Virus record (IMG/VR): IMGVR_UViG_3300049201_000010
Location: 1 to 38,144 of that record
Strand: one strand, 5' to 3'
Length of the DNA: 38,144 bases
DNA from: a virus
Taxonomy: Duplodnaviria; Caudoviricetes
The notes under the pieces are model-generated. The model was not told the DNA's origin. It saw nothing but the letters and a program-made list of their open reading frames with translations, and ran no database searches. The position numbers and the translations under genes were made by a program. This document shows, in pieces, positions 35,567 through 38,144 of the stretch. Each line of letters begins with the position of its first letter. Position 1 is the first letter of the stretch.

Positions 35567-36044
35567 ACTGATCAGGATATTAGACCAGTATGGTAAATCT
35601 ACCGTAGAACAGATACGGGACAATCTTTCATCGACAGGCACCAACGCAACCGGTAAAACCTCTCGATCTCTACAATACGAAGTTAAGCAACAAGGAACTA
35701 AAGCAGTCCTTCGGATTACTGGCAAGCCGTTTATGGCTGTAGTTGAAACCGGAAGACGGGCCACACCCGAATATACCAAGCCCTCGACTCAGTTTGTTGC
35801 GGCTATACGAGAATGGCTTAAAGCTAAAGGAAAATCGGAAGGGTCTGCTTATGGTATTGCTAAGTCCATCCATCAAAAGGGGACTAAGCTGCATCGTGAT
35901 GGGGGACGTAAGGACATCATTAGTAATGTGGTGAACGAGTCTTTAATCGATAAGATAAGCCAGGATTTACTCAAGGAGTTTGCGGAAGAGTTTCTCAATA
36001 ACGTAGTCATAAAAACATTCAAAGATGCTGACCGTAATACGTAG
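35556..36044 (+). CDS. Tail completion protein (HK97 gp10-like/neck)
   Basis: NATGKTSRSL, VETGR, I.EWLKAKG, AYGIAKSI..KGT. Confidence 0.7.
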   Translation: MTAELIRILDQYGKSTVEQIRDNLSSTGTNATGKTSRSLQYEVKQQGTKAVLRITGKPFMAVVETGRRATPEYTKPSTQFVAAIREWLKAKGKSEGSAYGIAKSIHQKGTKLHRDGGRKDIISNVVNESLIDKISQDLLKEFAEEFLNNVVIKTFKDADRNT

Positions 36045-38144
36045 GCCGCAGGGCCATTCAATAGGGACTACTGCCGTGGTGGCTACCGTTGCGGAGGCTT
36101 ACGGTGCCGGAGATGTTTCGTTTATTAAAGTGGGACATGGCTTATCGGATGGTGACTTTATATACGTCACCTCCAACATCGGGGATTACAATGGCTTTTG
36201 GTATGTGGACGTGATCACCGGGGACAACTTCAAACTAAAGGCATCGGAGAATAGCGACTTTTTACAATGGGTGGCCAATGGCACCATAACCTATTACGAG
36301 AGTGATCTTACGCATGGGTGGTCCTGTGTACACCTGCCGATCGTATACCAACTGGAAAGCAATCTATGGCCTGTCAATAGCTCAGATACAGCCAGAACAG
36401 TCTCTAGTTTTACCGATGCCAATGGATATGTGAACCTTAACTTATCGGGAGCCTTAAAAGGGACGGTTCAGGATTTGGACTACGTTAAGATTTCCGGGGC
36501 CGCCGATGATGATTTGAATGGAGTGTTTCAAATCACTGATGCAGTAAGTACCTCAGATATAACCATTAATTTAGCTTACGATTCAGGGTATAGTTTTGCT
36601 GGGGCCACGGTCCAGTACTACTACAATAACTATCATGTACGGGTAAAGGTGTTCGGGGGACTGGCAGAGGATCACGCATGGGAGTTTCAGAAGCCTTTTG
36701 TTGAACTGGCTGAATTGAAATTAACCCCAGATAGCAATAATCAAATCATATTTTCAGTACACGAGATATTGAAATCTCAGATCAACACCCGCAACAATCT
36801 GCTTTTAAACACCCTGCCGTTAAACCTGGATTTCTTCACTTCCTTTTATATCTCATACGCTGAAAGCTACGATACATCGGACGGTTCTGAGGTCAGCACA
36901 TTTGTAAGTTCATACACTTCTGATTTGTCAGACTTTATGGGGTATGCATCAAATTCTAAATTAGATTTTAAAAACATACACTCAGGATTTCTAACAGACT
37001 ATATAATGAATAAAAGCACTGCCAAGTTTCTTACGCTATTCTCAATACCTGTTTTATTTACATGTGGCGAAGATTCATCGAGTTGTTATCAGGATATTAG
37101 TGTTTTAATTAATAAAAATACAGTAGGAGAATTTATACAAAATCCTGGATTTGATGGTAGTATATTACCTTGGCAAAATCAGGGATCTGGACAAACATGG
37201 TCATATGTGTCTGGATCAGTTCGTGTAAACCTTACATCCTCTAACACATTATCAAAGCAATTAGTGCAGACCTTTAGTATTAAGCCCCCTGGTAATTATA
37301 TTTTTTCTATGGAGTCTCAAATCGTTAGCTGGGCTACTTCTCCAGGTAATCAGCAAACTGATGTATCAGTAGATGCGTATAACAATGGGGTATTTGTTGG
37401 CACTATAATGAGTTTCCAACTTAACAGTATAATAGCCGTTACAAATCAACAATCTTCGGATGTGCCCGACTCGTTTGATTCTATAGTCATAACATTTGAG
37501 AATGTAGGGACCGACACTGATTATATGGCCGCGATTTATTCATTAAATGGTGAGGGGAATTTCTCATTCTCACTTCGAACGAGGCTATATAATAATGGTG
37601 ATATTCAAAGTGAAACAACAGAGCCTATTGAAGATAGTGGAAATGGAATTTACCGATTACCAATTGAACACCCTGGTTGTGAATATGACCTTGTTAAACT
37701 GACCATAATGTCAGGTTCATTACAAATGAGCGAGGAAAAGACATTTATAGTAGACTGTAATTGTGATCATCAAAATATATATCTTACTTGGCTCAACAAC
37801 TTAGGAGGCTTTGATTATTGGAACTTCACCGCTAAGAAGGATTACCAAGTCGAAATACAGGAGTCAGGCGTCACGCGCCAAAACATTTTCCCGACATGGC
37901 CTCATTCTTACGGCACTTTTGCGGATACGATTCGAAAGCAGACTTATCGTGTAAGTAATAAATTTATCACGGTGAGAAGTCAACACGTAACACAGGCCCA
38001 ACTGGACGCCATCAGTTACATTAAATCTTCTGTCTTGGTTCAGATCGTCACATCCCGGCAGGACCGCAGGACTGTGATTGTAGACGCTGACTCATTTATG
38101 AAGTACCGGGATCGTGATGATACTTATTCCATTGCTTTCAATAT
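36025..38144 (+). CDS. Large tail tip/baseplate protein, 3' truncated (absent from track because no stop)
   Basis: Frame read manually, open for over 700 codons. YLTWLNNLGGFDYWNF motif; internal NPGFDG...W carbohydrate-binding-like module. Confidence 0.8.
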   Translation, partial: MLTVIRRPQGHSIGTTAVVATVAEAYGAGDVSFIKVGHGLSDGDFIYVTSNIGDYNGFWYVDVITGDNFKLKASENSDFLQWVANGTITYYESDLTHGWSCVHLPIVYQLESNLWPVNSSDTARTVSSFTDANGYVNLNLSGALKGTVQDLDYVKISGAADDDLNGVFQITDAVSTSDITINLAYDSGYSFAGATVQYYYNNYHVRVKVFGGLAEDHAWEFQKPFVELAELKLTPDSNNQIIFSVHEILKSQINTRNNLLLNTLPLNLDFFTSFYISYAESYDTSDGSEVSTFVSSYTSDLSDFMGYASNSKLDFKNIHSGFLTDYIMNKSTAKFLTLFSIPVLFTCGEDSSSCYQDISVLINKNTVGEFIQNPGFDGSILPWQNQGSGQTWSYVSGSVRVNLTSSNTLSKQLVQTFSIKPPGNYIFSMESQIVSWATSPGNQQTDVSVDAYNNGVFVGTIMSFQLNSIIAVTNQQSSDVPDSFDSIVITFENVGTDTDYMAAIYSLNGEGNFSFSLRTRLYNNGDIQSETTEPIEDSGNGIYRLPIEHPGCEYDLVKLTIMSGSLQMSEEKTFIVDCNCDHQNIYLTWLNNLGGFDYWNFTAKKDYQVEIQESGVTRQNIFPTWPHSYGTFADTIRKQTYRVSNKFITVRSQHVTQAQLDAISYIKSSVLVQIVTSRQDRRTVIVDADSFMKYRDRDDTYSIAFN

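Noticed and set aside
1-38144. CRISPR array, DGR, integrase/att site, IS element
   Set aside because: No spaced repeats, reverse transcriptase, recombinase or transposase motifs seen by eye; part of the genome lies outside the window.

Overview
Nearly complete genome segment of a tailed dsDNA phage (siphovirus-like), very probably infecting a Bacteroidota host: TAnnTTTG promoters sit at operon starts, and the lysis and tail proteins are of Bacteroidota-phage type. The window cuts the late region. It opens in the 3' end of the tape measure gene and closes in a large tail protein that has no stop before the edge. + strand 1-17.2 kb: TMP end, HTH, ClpP-type prohead protease/scaffold, major capsid, tail tube, a roughly 5.4 kb glycosyltransferase/FkbM/CxxC cassette running into the portal, then adaptor, tail-fibre modules (LamG + SGNH esterase), a secreted alpha/beta hydrolase and the lysis genes. 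- strand 17.2-31.5 kb: many small early/middle genes, two DNA methyltransferases, a replication initiator, HNH/GIY-type nucleases and a structured non-coding island. + strand 31.6-38.1 kb: terminase, a frameshifting tail chaperone and tail genes. No integrase, repressor, polymerase or ParA/ParB is recognisable. The most notable observations are (1) a 142-nt tRNA-like RNA with a G3:U70 alanine acceptor stem and a multi-hairpin insert in place of an anticodon arm, (2) a perfect parS palindrome hidden in a glycosyltransferase gene, and (3) a glycosylation plus CxxC cassette wired into a Cys-rich virion operon. All protein calls come from motif recognition and synteny, not database searches.
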